Source: Stylophora pistillata
Taxonomy: Eukaryota
Length of the DNA stretch: 64,000 bases
Direction: 5' to 3'
Assembly: GCF_002571385.2 (NCBI RefSeq)
Contig: NW_019218057.1
Coordinates: 292,995 to 356,994, forward strand
Shown here: positions 45,601-59,424 of the stretch, in pieces
How the letters are laid out: every line of letters begins with the position of its first letter
How positions within the stretch are numbered: position 1 is the stretch's first letter
Translations under genes and position numbers: made by a program
The notes under the pieces: model-generated
What the model was told of the DNA's origin: nothing
The model's input: only the letters and a program-made list of their open reading frames with translations
The model's database searches: none

Positions 45601-48600
45601 ACGTTTGCGTGTGTTTATATTGAACATTTGTAACTCTGTATCTTCCAGAGTCTTGCTCAACCACAAACTGTCAAGCCAGACTCTGCTTCCACTGTCGTTG
45701 GTACTATTGAACTTAGCCAATCACAGATTCAGCCCACACTGTCCCAGGGTCCCAATGGGGTCTTAACAGCTACCATTCCCATTGTCTTGGACCCGAGCAA
45801 GATTCCAATCAGTCGTCTGACTAATGCAAAGGGCCAAGTGGGAGTCAAAACAGAAAAGCGATCAGCGCACAATTTGATTGAGAAGCGGTACCGCACCAGT
45901 ATCAATGACAAGATTGTGGAGTTGAAAGACCTTGTGTGTGGGCCAGATGCAAAGGTAAGGCTATCATCTTAAAATAATCTACTTTTTATCATCTTTTCTA
46001 GAAGCAGTGCAATTTGCTGAAAGAATGAAAACAGAAACTTTGCAAGGGATGTGTGTGATTTTACCACTGTTGTAATTTTTTTCCTTTTTAGATGAACAAG
46101 GCTGGTGTGTTAAGGAAGGCCATAGAGGTAATAATGAAGCTTCAAAATGAAAATGCACGCCTCAAACAAGAAAATATGAGTTTGAAAATGGCACAGCAAA
46201 AGAGAGGTAAGGATTTTTTATATTATTTTGTAAGGCAAGGAGTAAAATGCATGGGTTAGGGGAATTACTTCTTACCTGTATCTCAGAAGTCTGGTTAATG
46301 TACTGCGGGGACTGTAACAGGCACAGGCAAAAGTTCGTTGCTTGGTCTGAAGTACTCTTCATGGTATGCAAAATAAAATGTACATTGAAGGCAGGCTCAT
46401 TAATATGCTGCAGTTTAGAACAAATTTTTCAGCGCCTTTGTACTGTTTGTGCATACACAAGGTAAAATACCTCTTATTAATTATTAAAAAAAGTGGATTA
46501 ATTCCCTTCAATCTTACTCAGAAACCATCACTGAGCTTGTCCGAAAGCAAAAGGAACATCAGATAAAGAAAGATGTCAGTAGTTGTGGAATGATAGAAGA
46601 CTGCACTATGATGGAGACAGAAGCTGTAAAAAGGGAAGAATCCAACAAGGTGGAAGACGTTGCCAAAGCTAACAATGTGATACAAAGTCCTCTTACACCA
46701 CCCACACCAGATCCATTGACAAAAGACAAGACTCACATCAAAGTAGAAGCCTTACCTGTCAGTAGTTGTGGAATGATGGATCGCACCCGCGTGGCATTGT
46801 TTGCTTTTATGTTTACCTTTTTGTTTATCAACCCTTTGAGTTACATTGTGCCTCAGCTTGATAAAGGTAGAGTAAAATATTTAACTTTTAAAGACCTACT
46901 GTTGTCCACCTGAACTTTTTAAACATCACATAGTTAAAAGTGACTTCTTAATCTTTTGAAAGGCAGCCATTAAGAATAGGGCACAGAACAGCCTAACTTT
47001 AAAAATTTTCAACATCACTTGTTCATTGTTGCACAAATTCACATTTTTTGCCATTAATTCATTAATTTCCCACTAGTAAAGTTATATTAAAGTTTTAGTT
47101 AATTCTTTAATGAAATCAGTAAATTGCAGAAGAAGTAACTTTGAGCACAAAATACTGTAACTTGAAAATCTTCCTGAAATTTTTTCTTTTGACGTCTGAG
47201 TTACAGTTTGCTAATTTTAAAGTTGTTATTATCCACATGAGGAAATTTATTCTGGTAACCATAGTCTTTGTGCTTAAACAGTCTTTGTAATAATGCACTT
47301 AATTCAAACAGGTATGTTTTTCTCCAATCCTGTGGAAAATAAAAGACCCCAGGCTTCTGGAAGGACATTGAATTCTTATGGAGATAGTGGTGCTGTACAG
47401 CAGGAAAACAGCCTTTGGAATTCTGCCCTGACTGTGCTTAACTGGTCTTTGCATGTATTTGTGGCCTTAGCAGTATTGGTGCGTATCTTTGTGTTTGGGG
47501 AGCCTGTGACACGACCCCACTCTGACAATGCAGTCCTGTTCTGGAGACACAGAAACCAAGCTGATGAAGACTTAAATAAGGTACGATTTAAAAGAGGACA
47601 ATGATGATGTGAATACCAAGCTCCACTTTGATAAGGTCACCTTGTGACAACCTAAATTCTCAATATAACTGCCAGAAATAAAAGCAGAGTTGACTGGCAA
47701 TCAATTTTGGAGGTTCATACAAACTTTAAAAGCTTAATACTTAGGCAGATAAGGTGAAAGAACCAACAGAACTTTAATTACGATATTTTGTGCAAAACTT
47801 TTATCTCGACATAAATATCACAGACTGCAGAGGAGTCTTACCATGTTGAAATTAAATTGCATGTACTTTTGTTTTCAATTCGGGGTAAAAGTATATTGAC
47901 GTGACCCCAGTTGTAATAAATTCAAAGTCTAATGGCCTATGAGACTTAGTGTGCATAAAGGAATTCATTTATCTTTCAGGGTGATACTATATCAGCAGCG
48001 CGTCACCTTGAAATTTGCCTGAGGGCACTGAAACGTCCCCTTCCTGTTTCAAAGCTTGATGTGGCCTGTGGTCTGGTTTGGCAATTGATGCGCCATGTTC
48101 TGCAGAGGCTATGGATTGGAGCATGGCTTGCATCTGCTGCTGGAGGAATAAATATACGTGGACGAAGCACTGATACCAAGGATTATGCCAAAATATCTGC
48201 AAAAGATGCAGCTTTGGTTTACCATAAGTTACATCAGTTGAGCCTTACAGGTACTGTACTTTGAAGGTTCTAGATGCTACTCAAGTGTTAGTAAGCTTTA
48301 CCCATTATTTTCAACTAAATTTAAGGGGAAAATACAGTTCTGGTTCTTTGTGCTGGGTTCCTGTTGAACTTCTTGTACGTTGCAAGAGAGTAAACTTTAG
48401 ATGTTCTCATCACTTGTATGTCTATTTTAGGTCATGTCTCTGTGAATGGCTGGCGTTCTTCCTTTCTTGGCTTGGCAGCTGTGAACCTTGCAGAGTCTGC
48501 AGACAAACTGATGAGCATTGACATCTTAGCTGAAATCTATGTATCAGCTGCAATACAGATAAGAACTTCATTCCCTGATGGACTTCACTTTACTGCTGTG

Positions 48601-51232
48601 AGTTGGGCTTTGAAAGAGAGTAGAAGTATAATGCTTTGTTGGTGACTTGATTGTTTAACTTTGACATATTCCAGTTTTATCAGTCTGTGTATAAATGCAT
48701 TGTGTCAGTCTTGAGTGGGAGGATTTTCCTTGTATTGGTAGACATGTGTTATCAGAGAGGTTATGCATGACACTATATTTTTTGTTCAGAGGTATTTCCT
48801 TGGCCGTGCACAAACATCTTATGCATCTCGTGGAACAACAGTTCCAGCTTCACTGCAATGGCTCTTCCGTCCTAAGGGACACCGCTTCTTTGTCAGCAGT
48901 CGGTGGTCTTGCCAGGGAGGTGATAGCATGTGGGCCAGCATCAGTGACAAAAGTGAGTTTAATTTTGTTGAAAAGTAGACTATCCACATCTTTTGTCTGC
49001 TACATGGGTAGGGCAAGCAAAGCATGAGGGGGATACATACATTCTGTAGCAGTGAGAAAATAACAGTAATTTTGTTCTTTTTATTAGGTAGTTGTTCAGT
49101 GTAGCTTCTCTTTTAAGTTTTCCTGGTTTTTACATTAATTTTATATGATAAAAATATGCAGGAGAAGTAAATTTCTCCATCTCTGATGTTGAATTTTAGA
49201 TTGAGATTAAATGATTTGTTTTACCTTTCAGCCAACCCAGTTGCTCATGTAAGTCAAGCATTCCGGGAGTATCTCCTCCGCTATGCACTCTCGTCTATTG
49301 TATTACCAAGTGCAACGGATGAAGATACTACTGGGGATAAAAGTGTTCGGGATGCTCTTAGGTACCTGCACATGCTGAATGAGTGTGCATCTACCAGTGA
49401 AAAGCCTGTAAACATGGCATCAGCAGTCGGTGACGATGAGGTTGCCAAATGGTGGGTAGCAGTGGGAATGGTGGCAGTTCATTGGCTGCAAGGTGAAGAT
49501 GAGTCTGCTGAGAGGTTTTACAGTACAATTGAGAGTGTTCCTAAGAGCTTGTGGAATGCAGAGTAAGTTAATGTTATTGTGTAGAAATGGACTGGATTAG
49601 CAAGCTACATAGACATTGTTAGTCTTGTTATATTTTGTATTTTGGTACTTGACAATATGGTCACCCTTAACGCAGTTGTATTCTGGTTGTAGAAGTCACC
49701 AGTATTTTCTCTGATTTTCTCTGGTTCAGTTTATGGAATAGTACTGAATGTTATTGAATTCTGTTTTTTTGCCTGCTAGCCACGTATACAGTGAAACTTA
49801 AAATGATTTTTAACAAATGTCCTTAGAATTCTGCCCCTTAATTAATCAATAGCAAAATTAGTTTCATGATAAGTCTTGTCAGTGTTAGGTTGCAAAAAGG
49901 AATGACTGGCACAAGGCTAAAAAAAAAAACAAGCAAAATTAATAGCCTTGTGACGTTATTTGTCACTTCCAGCCATTCTTCATGAGAACATGTGTAAAAT
50001 TACACCAACATTTCTTGTTGAACCTGAGAAATGTCTCTGTCTTAGAGATCCTGTGGCAAACTCAAGAGACCCATTAGCAAAAGCTATCCTTAGAGCGTAC
50101 TTAGCAAAGAAACAGATTTTGAGTGGAGACACACAGCCCAGCTCTCTTGAAGATTGTGTGCAGTTCTGCAAGAAGTCAGGTCTTCATCTGCAGGAGAGCA
50201 TTAATCTGACATCTTCCCTTTACCAGTCCAGCACTAGCCGCCTACACCAGCTTGCACAACTTCTGTGCTGTGATTGGTTGCTGGGTACTCGAAAGGACAT
50301 CTGGGAATTTTCACAGAAGCCGCACTTCACTGCCACTGTACCAACTGATCCGGTTGAATTGCGTTCGTTTCAGAATGATCTGGAGAGTTTGCAGAAACTC
50401 ACTCACAACCTTCCTGCTGCTCTGCCAAGGGTAAACTATCCTTTCTGTAGTTAGCTGTGTTGTTGACAGTTTCTATTTTCCATCTTCGCCTCAGACATAA
50501 AGGAGAAAAAATTAAAGACTTCTCCATGCGAGCCTTCCTCTCTTAAATTTGAATGAAGGCAATGAGCAAGGTTCCCTTTGCTTATTTTGCGTTGGCTGGA
50601 GGCTAATGTTGTGCCATTTATTTTCCTCAGCTTTATTTATACGAGGCTGTGGCTCGACTAATGGCAGGCGCCAACCCCACTGAGACTCACCATCTCTTAC
50701 AGAGGAGCACGCTGAGGCAGCGAGTGGTCACTACATGTCACCACAAAGGACAACAGCCTGAAGACGAAGGTAATCATTTGATTATTTTTCTTTAATGTGT
50801 CAATCCCCTGACAGTAAGCAGATAATTGATGATGATTTTTCTTAAGTAATTATCAACTGACTGACTGACTGATTGACTGAGTGACGGACTGACTGAGTAA
50901 CTGACTGACTGACTGACTGAGTGACTGACTCACTGACTGAGTGACTGACTGACTGACTGACTGAGTGATGGATTGATTAATTGATTGATTTTTGTTGAAT
51001 GATTTTAGGAGACGAGGAAGAGACAACATGTGTAACAGGTGAGCGGGAGAAGGCAGCAGCCCTTATGATGGCCTGTCGACATCTTCCTCTGCCATTCTTA
51101 TCTGGTCCGTGTCAGCGTAAGAAGATGCTTGTCGAAGCTGCCACTTCTCTGGAGAAAATCGGAGATAAGCGAACTCTGCAGGAATGTCAGCAACTTCTAC
51201 TCCAGCTGAACTCGGTTTCAGCTGTTGAATGA
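42626..51232 (+). CDS. SREBF1: Sterol regulatory element-binding protein (SREBP1/2 co-ortholog), 13 exons, ~1251 aa
   Basis: Exons 42626-42743, 44182-45104, 45649-45954, 46092-46206, 46522-46866, 47312-47580, 47980-48250, 48431-48597, 48790-48952, 49232-49562, 50046-50430, 50631-50769, 51009-51232. Acidic N-terminus, bHLH-Zip with the SREBP-diagnostic Tyr ([16 protein letters not shown]), DRTR before TM1, NP within TM1, [17 protein letters not shown] and ACRHLP. Confidence 0.96.
44736..44789 (+). repeat. Coding CAA/CAG repeat (Q18) in SREBP exon 2
   Basis: 18 consecutive Gln codons. Confidence 0.9.
50857..50968. repeat. (CTGA)n microsatellite in the last SREBP intron
   Basis: Direct reading. 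Confidence 0.9.
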
Positions 51233-54200
51233 CGGAAAATTTTAATTGACATCGTTACTGTTACATATATGTCGTTGTTCTTGCTTCAAACTCTTTCGTA
51301 GGTCCCAGCATTCTTTAGAAATATTTCCCCTCCATTCATAGCGCTCACCACATATTCAAGTGTGAAATTCGTAGGACGACTAGGTGTCTCAAAGTCCGAT
51401 TATTGGTTACTGAGGAAGCGAGAGGCACAAGCTTATGTAACAGACACGAAGCGTGTCTCTGGTAATCTACATCATGTCATAGCAGATCATATTGCTTACA
51501 ATAATTACAGGCTTTGCCATAAGTAACTAAACTTTATTAATGAAAGTAAACGCTAAACCAAGACAGTTAAAACGTCGAAAAACCCATTAAATTAACAGAA
51601 AAAAATAGAGAAGAGAAGTGGTATATTTATGACAAGTATGTATGTGCATTAAATATTTTATTTTATACTCAAGGATAGACTTTCGTAACTTATTTGTTAC
51701 TGGTTTTTTTTTTAGTGAAACAACTTAAGTGGAATCAAGAATCACTGTTTACGCCTAAAGGTGATTTTATTCCAGTTATTTCCCTCGAACCAATTGTTGA
51801 ATGCGTAGTATTAGTGATGCCAATGATTGCGTCTTCTGATCCGACAAGTATTAGTTGAGATAATAATAGTAAAGGAAACCTGTGTGTTTGTTGTATTTTG
51901 CTGGACTCCTCCGGCCGCTGGAGACAGTATCCAAGACAAGTCACAAATTTGATCTTAACGTGTTTAATAATCGCAAGATTCACAAGGTCTTCGCACAATC
52001 ACGGTCAATCTAACTATCTTGTTCAATAGATTCGAATTAACAACTTAGAAGGGTGGGCAGACTCTTGATAATAAGCACGTTCTCCGTTGTCACGGGTTAC
52101 ATAATTACGTAATATGTGCCCCAGTCCCCGATAGTATTTTAATACTGTCGAGCACATTGTTAAAACAATGTTCTAAAATTAACTAATTTGGAAAAAAGAA
52201 GAAAAACCGGTAAGATAACACGATAAGGTAACTGTAGACGCGTAGTATTAGTTTTTCAATATGCGCGTAAAATTAATGTATGCCTTGTGTGATTCATGGT
52301 TGATGTTTTGCTGTTGAGTGTATGCTAAATAAAGTTATTAATGTACGGTTTCAAAAGTGACCTCTTGAGGTCAAACGTACCGAAATGTGTACTGATTGTT
52401 GTGAAGGCGCATTCAAATTGCATAAAGTACTGAAGCAGTCGAATTCTCAGATTCTAAGCTAACTTGTTTGTGATTAAGGGCTAGGTTTTGATGGTTGTTC
52501 TTCTTAGTTATGCAGCTAGCTTAGCTTCTAATCGTTTTACATTTTATGCCAAACTAGCAGCCTCTCTTATGCCAAAAGAGCAGCCTCTCTTTCGAAGCCA
52601 AATCCGCCACGGGATATGCCATAGAAATCGTCTTAATAAAATGAAAAATATTCCAGCGCCGCATAAACTTAACCTTGGCAGCTAATCATCCTTCCACACC
52701 ATTCTGCCCACACAGCAAGAGATAATAAATTCGTTGCACGCAAATTGCCTTGCTTTTAGAGTTGATTCGGAGAGGGTTTGACTCCTGCCGCGTGGTGTCA
52801 TTCAGAACTCTCGAGGGGCCAACCCCGGGCATTTGATGGAAGAGGAGAACTAGAGTTCAATCAATTACAACTAAAAAAAAAAACTCATGAAAGGTTTATT
52901 TGCAAGTAAAATCCCAGGGCTTTAAATATTTGAAATAATTAAATAATATTTGATTAGGAACGTTTCTACTCAATATGTCAGCGGGTGACGAAATTGAACC
53001 TTTCCAGGCATAAAAGGAAAAAAAAAAAAGTTAGATGCTTAGTCATTGATCATAAGGCTGTTAGTTTTATTTTTTCACTTTTGCTGATTTTGTTCTTTGG
53101 CAAAATTTTACAAAAGAAATGATCCTCTTGATTTACTTAATTGTGGTTATTCCTAAAGTAATATTTCCTGTTGGTTGGACTGAACTGACGATGCATTGGG
53201 AACTACGGATGTCTTAAAATTGAAAAAACACTAGATCTTTCCCGTACGTCCTTCATAAAATGTGAAGAATTCAAAGAAAATTCAGTGGAACATTCATCAT
53301 GAGCGAACGTGATATACTCAGCTCCATACGAAATTGCGTGAGAACTTTTTAAGCAAGGAAGCCCTCAGACAAAGTCAACAATAACTTGTTTACATATAGA
53401 ATACAGGAAATATCTGTTAATTTAGAAGTAAAATGTCACCAACAGCTAATTTCGAAATTGGAGTCGGTGTTCACCATCATGGCATTTTTAGTAAAACAAA
53501 TTCAAATCTGGGACTTAAATGATAAAAAAGTTATTTTTATTATGTCAGTGGTTAGTGCATGCAGATAGAATTTATCCTTTTGATTGCTGCTCTTCATCAT
53601 TATTCCTCGCTAACCAACACTGATTACGTCTTTGACGAATAAGGCCAAAGGGATTCTGGATTCATGTCCAACTGAAACACCAAAAATCACATTTGAGCTA
53701 ATTAAATAAACAGAAGCATGTTCTTAAACAAACATGCTTTTCTCCTGCGTGAAATGCTCTGTCGCGGTTTGAGCTTAAATTTTTAAGATGAAATAATTTC
53801 AGCGATAAGCATGAGAAAATAAGCTGATGATAGCTGATAAAGAAGATAAAACCATTTTTTATTGTCATTGGGTTCAAATCAATCAATCCAAGGGCGATGT
53901 ATATCTGTCATGGACTCACTCACACCGGAAAACTACATTTCCGATGTTTTCATTTGTGTATTTGCTTTTCTTTGTAGCTGTTGATTTGGTTTTATCATGA
54001 TTTTATAAGATATGGAAAGAAAAGAAATATTTACTCGCATATTCATCTCCTGATTCATTTTAATTTCAGATTTAAATCAAAATTAATTGAATGTTACAAG
54101 TGGTGATTTATCTAGAAGATCGATTTCAGTTCGTTCATCCACTGCAAGGCAATCAGTAGATTCCGGGAGGAATACTTTAAACTGATTTGGCTGGACAAAT

Positions 54201-55332
54201 TGTTTTCCTAAAGGTATGGAACTGTTCAGGATATCTTTTACGCTATGTTTTCAAAGTATTTATTCATAACTTCATGAAAGACTATGAGGGAACTGAATTT
54301 GGGATTCTACATCCTCTAATCTGACTATTTAGTTTTCCTTCTTGCCCCGACTAAAAGCAATTCGTGGTCGAAGCTGGGCCATGTTGGTGTATTCCAGTTA
54401 GATAACTTTCAACATGGCAGTACAATTGATGTAGATTTTGAACCTACTTGTCGAATTACAAACAGATACTTTTGGGTTTTTTGTCACGAGCGTGCGGAAA
54501 GTATGATCCTCTTTTTCTGAGCAATTTTCTGTATTTGTGCACCGATATCGATCTTAAAATTTAGCATTCTTTTCAATCTGTTGAAACCAACACATACGAC
54601 ACTTTTGATAATGTAGATCATAGCAGCACGAAGAAAGCATATAACATAACACGAAGAAAGCACGAAGAAAGCATGTAACATGACAACCTAGTTAGACCTA
54701 GCTGATTTTCTAGGCGGTTTTCTGAAGAGCATTGGTACACGAAATCCGAAATTCTAGTTCCATTTATCTAAGTTCTATATTTCTAGGTTCCATTTTTCTA
54801 GGTTCTATTTTCCACGCTCGCGACTGAAGCGAATAAAGTCTTTCTTTATATCATATCGCGCCATCTTTTTTAGTCATAGTTCTTTCCTTTCCTTTTTCTT
54901 TTTAGTTCCTTTTAGGCGTAGTTCTTGGAAGAAATAGAAGAAAGAATCGCTTGGGTCGACACATTGTTAACTATAAAGTGTTGACTCGACTTAAAATTGC
55001 AGCTCCTTGTTCTTACAAATTAAAGCCACCGCTTTTAAAATCTATATATTTCATAATCGACATCGTTACCTTAACTTGCGATGTGCGATTTCACTTTATG
55101 AGACTGGGTCGGTCAACCGAATATATAGTCACCGTAACGAAATCTCGATTTCCTTTGACGTGGGCATAATTTTCTTCACGTTTGCAGCTCAAATGTTCGA
55201 TTAAGTTTTCACTGATATACTTCATGAGTTAATAATATCGCATTCGAAAACATTTCTACGAGAATACTTTACCTTTGACATGATCGCGATCAAAGAATTT
55301 GATTGTTCAGTTATTTAAAGAGATACATGCTA

Positions 55333-55590
55333 CAGGGGCGTAGCCAGGATTTTTCAAAGGGGGGGGGTCCACAGAGGCTACTCACCAGATTGTTATGTCG
55401 ACCTCCCCGCCGTGCATGTTTTACTTAATGTTACAGTTTTGGGATGAGCAGTGAGAGTATAGTGGGCAGGCCAAGATGTTGTCATGGCGTTTTCACCACC
55501 TGAATATTGTAGGTTGTTTGCTCAAAAGAAGGCTTACCAAGGGGGGGGGGTGGTCACGGGCACCCCAGGACCCCCCTGGCTACGCCCTTG
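55333..55590. mobile_element. MITE (CAGGGGCGTAGCCAGG TIR, hAT-like)
   Basis: CAGGGGCGTAGCCAGG ... CCTGGCTACGCCCTTG, 15/16 inverted match; no clear TSD. Confidence 0.75.
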
Positions 55591-58109
55591 TGTTAGGCGA
55601 AGAATAAGAGATGAAAACCGGTAACCCGGAAATTTTACCCAAAACTGGAACTTGAAACTATGATTTAACGGCGCGGAGAATCTAAACTGTGAACTCAAGT
55701 GCACTGACATCAGCGCTAATGGGAGACTTCTAAAAAAAAATTATGAAAAATCAAGAAAAAAAAAGTGCCTTGAAGTGGATAAGATCAAGTTTGTCTTCTT
55801 CTGGAAGAACTGACCTATCACTGAGAGATGACGATATATCCAAATTTCCCATCACTGACCAAGTTGACGAGATTATCATATAATCAAGTTAATACGAACG
55901 TGTTCTCGTGATGGCATTTTGTAATTATACGAATTAAACCAATACGAGAAAGGAAATCTAAATAAAGGGTCCTCCGCATTCCGCAGGAAGAGATTTTTCG
56001 ACGACTCTGTCGCCGTCTGTCTCTCTTTCCAAAAAGGTTTCATCATGAGGAGATTAGTCAAAACCTGAGCGGCCGATGGATAACATGGAAATGGAATTTA
56101 AGGTCAAAATCTTGATAGTGGGTAGAAGCAACTATGTGAGCAATGTTTGATGTTCGATCAGGGTTGGCTCCCGATTGTTGCTCACAGGTCATCCATCAAA
56201 CAAGGGCGAGGTGAATACTTTAACTGAAAAAAATATCCATGTCAAGCCTTATTACTTAGATAAGTAATCATGGACTAAAAAATATTAAGGGAAAAAAATT
56301 CGTTGCCTATTGGCTGATATTTCCTTCAGAGTGACCTTGAGAATCACTGATCTGCTAGACGAAATATCGCTTTCGACTGAAGGTTTATTGAATAACAATA
56401 TTGGAATTTACTTTAATGAAGCAGAGCTTCAGGGAATGATATTCCAGGCTCAGCTTTACAATCTGCTATAACAAGGATATAATGAATGAAAAAATTACAA
56501 ACTCTTTAAATGGAAGTCGGAAAGGTCAGTAAAGAAAGGCTTGAAGAATTTTGAAAACCTCAGTTGAAGTACCGCTCCATGATTTATTGATTTTAAACTA
56601 AACACAGCACTGGTTGGTGTCCACGCTATTCAGTTTACGAACCTCCTCGCATCTAGCTCTTTCGGTCCAGCTTTGGAACTTAAGAAACTTACCCAGTTTA
56701 TTCGAGCTTTGTACAGCCAAGGTCAAAGTAAATTTTTTGGCACTGGGGTTCGGATGATGAATTAGCAAGTCTGTATCACCAATCTTCAATTCTTTACCAG
56801 GCTAAGCAACATTAGAATATGCTCTTTAAAAGCTTTTACAAAATCTCCCCAAATTGCAAACGATCGCAAACTTCCTGCGCAAGATGATCTGTGAGACCTG
56901 ATCCTTTCATGAATTAATGTTAACTATTATGTAGCCCCACATATTTGGATCATTTCGTCGCCCTTTGTCCAGAAAATAAGGCTGTGATGATAAGTGTCTC
57001 GTTTTGCGTCAGTCTTGCTGTTTTTTTGCGTAGGAGGTCTTTGGTCAGCGTGCATACTTCAGATTCTTATTTGAAGGGGTCAGTCTGTGGTCATCAATAT
57101 TTCCTGTTACACTGACCGGAAATTGTTATAAAAGTAAGCACGTGCTTATAATTTTGTTGTCTCAAACCGCAAATGAACGTGAAAAGTCGATCGACCTCGT
57201 TCACTCTCTCGCATTTTCCAGTCTTTGGGTGACGTGCGACTGTTAGACGCAGATCTGCTTTGTCACCAGCATCTGCGTCCGTCCCGTCTCCGGCCGGAGT
57301 GGGTGCGCGCTAGGAAATCTTATCTTGTTTATCTTGAAAAAAAAAATGCGAAACTCTCTTTTTTCGCAATATTGCGAGATGATCAGGTAACAAAACAACA
57401 GATAGGTGAAGCATGAGAACAAATCGTATTAAATCTTAGAAAAACTTAGATGACTGATGAAGAATTTGATAAAAGCGCATTCTGTTCTGCACGCCCAAAA
57501 TTTTTAAATCCAATAGAAAAAAAAGAAAATTCTACAAACGAGTACTTAGCTAGAGGAATTTAGGAACTTTATGTCTCACAATGCAGAATTATCTACTCTC
57601 TAGCGTAAATTTCAAAACTCTTATCTATTTTTATATCGTTACATTATCATTATATATGTACACGTTCAGATGTTGTACATATGTTGTATGAGTTTGGAAA
57701 AGCCCCAGAGTCACTTTCCTTAACAAGCTGTGATCCAATTAGAGTGAAGTAACCTTTATGATATACCATTTCCGTTGCGATTCCACTATTCCCGTGAGAG
57801 CGAAAACTTCATTTTACGTCGGTTTAAAGGTCTTTGATTGCACGGAAAACCATTGTTACAGCTGAGATTATTGCACATCTATTCGATCATCTCAAAAAAT
57901 AAATTTGAATTTTTTTTTTAAATTCACAGATAAATTTAAAAGAATATTTGAGGTTTGTAATCGGCTTAGTAACATAACTCTAAGACTCATCCAGATGATA
58001 ATGTTCCATCTTTCATGGTGGGTGCAAAAAAAGGGCGCGGCTGTGTGATGATTCCCTCATTGGCGAAATATTGCTATGATGACATTTCCTGTCGTATTTG
58101 TTGCCAATC

Positions 58110-58265
58110 AGTTATAAAAAAGACTCGCATTTCATATTGACGGCAGAAAATTAACAAGCACCTTGAACACAGAACACGCGGATTGAAGCTCTTTAGACCG
58201 AGGCTTTCTAGATTTTACTGTTACTGTCTTTCTATAGACATAAACGAAGAAAAGTTAAAGTAAGT
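58110..58265 (+). promoter_or_regulatory. Candidate TATA promoter and non-coding first exon of the Ig-domain gene
   Basis: CCAAT at 58105, TATAAAAA at 58113, donor GTAAGT at 58260, and acceptor TGCAG at 59384 ahead of the ATG. Confidence 0.45.
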
Positions 58266-59424
58266 CTCAATTTTGTAGAATTCACAATTCAAGCGCTTTT
58301 TCAGTTTGTGATATCACTCTCTGTGTATGCATCATCGAGTTTTAATACGCGTGAGGCGTATTTAAATTTGGAATATCGGCGCGTTTTCATTCTGTTTAGA
58401 CTGTTCAAAATATTTCGCAATGCCTCTGTCACTTTTAGTATGATAGAATTGTCCACGACTAATTCCTGGAGGGCTCTATCAGTGGAGAAGAAATACTTCA
58501 GAGGTCACATAGATCACTCGTGTCTTAATGCTGCTTAATGTTTTCCATCAGTCGATATTAAACATTACGGGTAATGAAATGCAAATAAGATATAAACTGT
58601 AGGGCCTTTTATCTGTCTAATTTTACTTTGCGTGCTAAATCACGTCCTTTCCTCGAACATTGCACGTCCCGCCAGGTTTCCTCGAAAGCAAAGGAAACTA
58701 ATTCGATTTCTGTTGTAAAGCGTGCGAGTAAGTTTTTTGTGCTCCTTGCCTCCCTATTCCATTCATCGTCTCCTTTCACAAGAAAGCTATTTGAAACATA
58801 CAATCAGGAGTGACAGTTATTTACCATTTTCTACATCATATAGAAAAGTGCCCGATCGCCGCTCTCTAGCATGTTTGTCGTCTTTTTTGTTTAATGATGT
58901 CAAAAGATGAGTAGTCGAAAGACAATGCATGAATTTCACGTATTACAGATTCTTGTTATTGTTTATTTAATTGGTATTGTACTACAGCGCTTTAACATTA
59001 CATTGCATGCTGGGTAGTAGTTGCTTGAAGTGTTCACGCATTGTATGAAGTGGTATTGAAAAGGCGGTTAAATTTAAATATTGCCCTGGAGTCTTTTCAA
59101 ATAGGCGTTGTTTATCTATCACCTAAGACACGCCAAATTAGGATGAGTCGGAGAAACCTGAAGCACTCGAAAGTCGTTATAAAGAACGGCGCGACTATAG
59201 CGTTGCTACATTTGTCGAACGCAATATGGCGATGTAAGTTCGATTTTCTTTTCAAGGGGGCACAGGGTAACTGAATAGAAAGTTTAGGAGTGTTACTTAG
59301 CAAGTTGTTGTTGGTTAAGATTGTTTGAACAGCTTGTTTGCTTTCAACTGCTCTTGAACCTCATCATTTGGGGTTTCTCTGCAGGTCCACATCGAAACCC
59401 AACGAAGGAAAAGTGGAGTCAGCA

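Noticed and set aside
48695-48770. TGCATTGT in an SREBP intron as miR-33
   Set aside because: Only 8 nt match, no convincing precursor hairpin, and apparently not the homologous intron.
55876-56789. Short minus-strand ORFs with possible splice sites in the SREBP-Ig intergenic region
   Set aside because: Could not assemble a coherent spliced ORF or recognise any domain.
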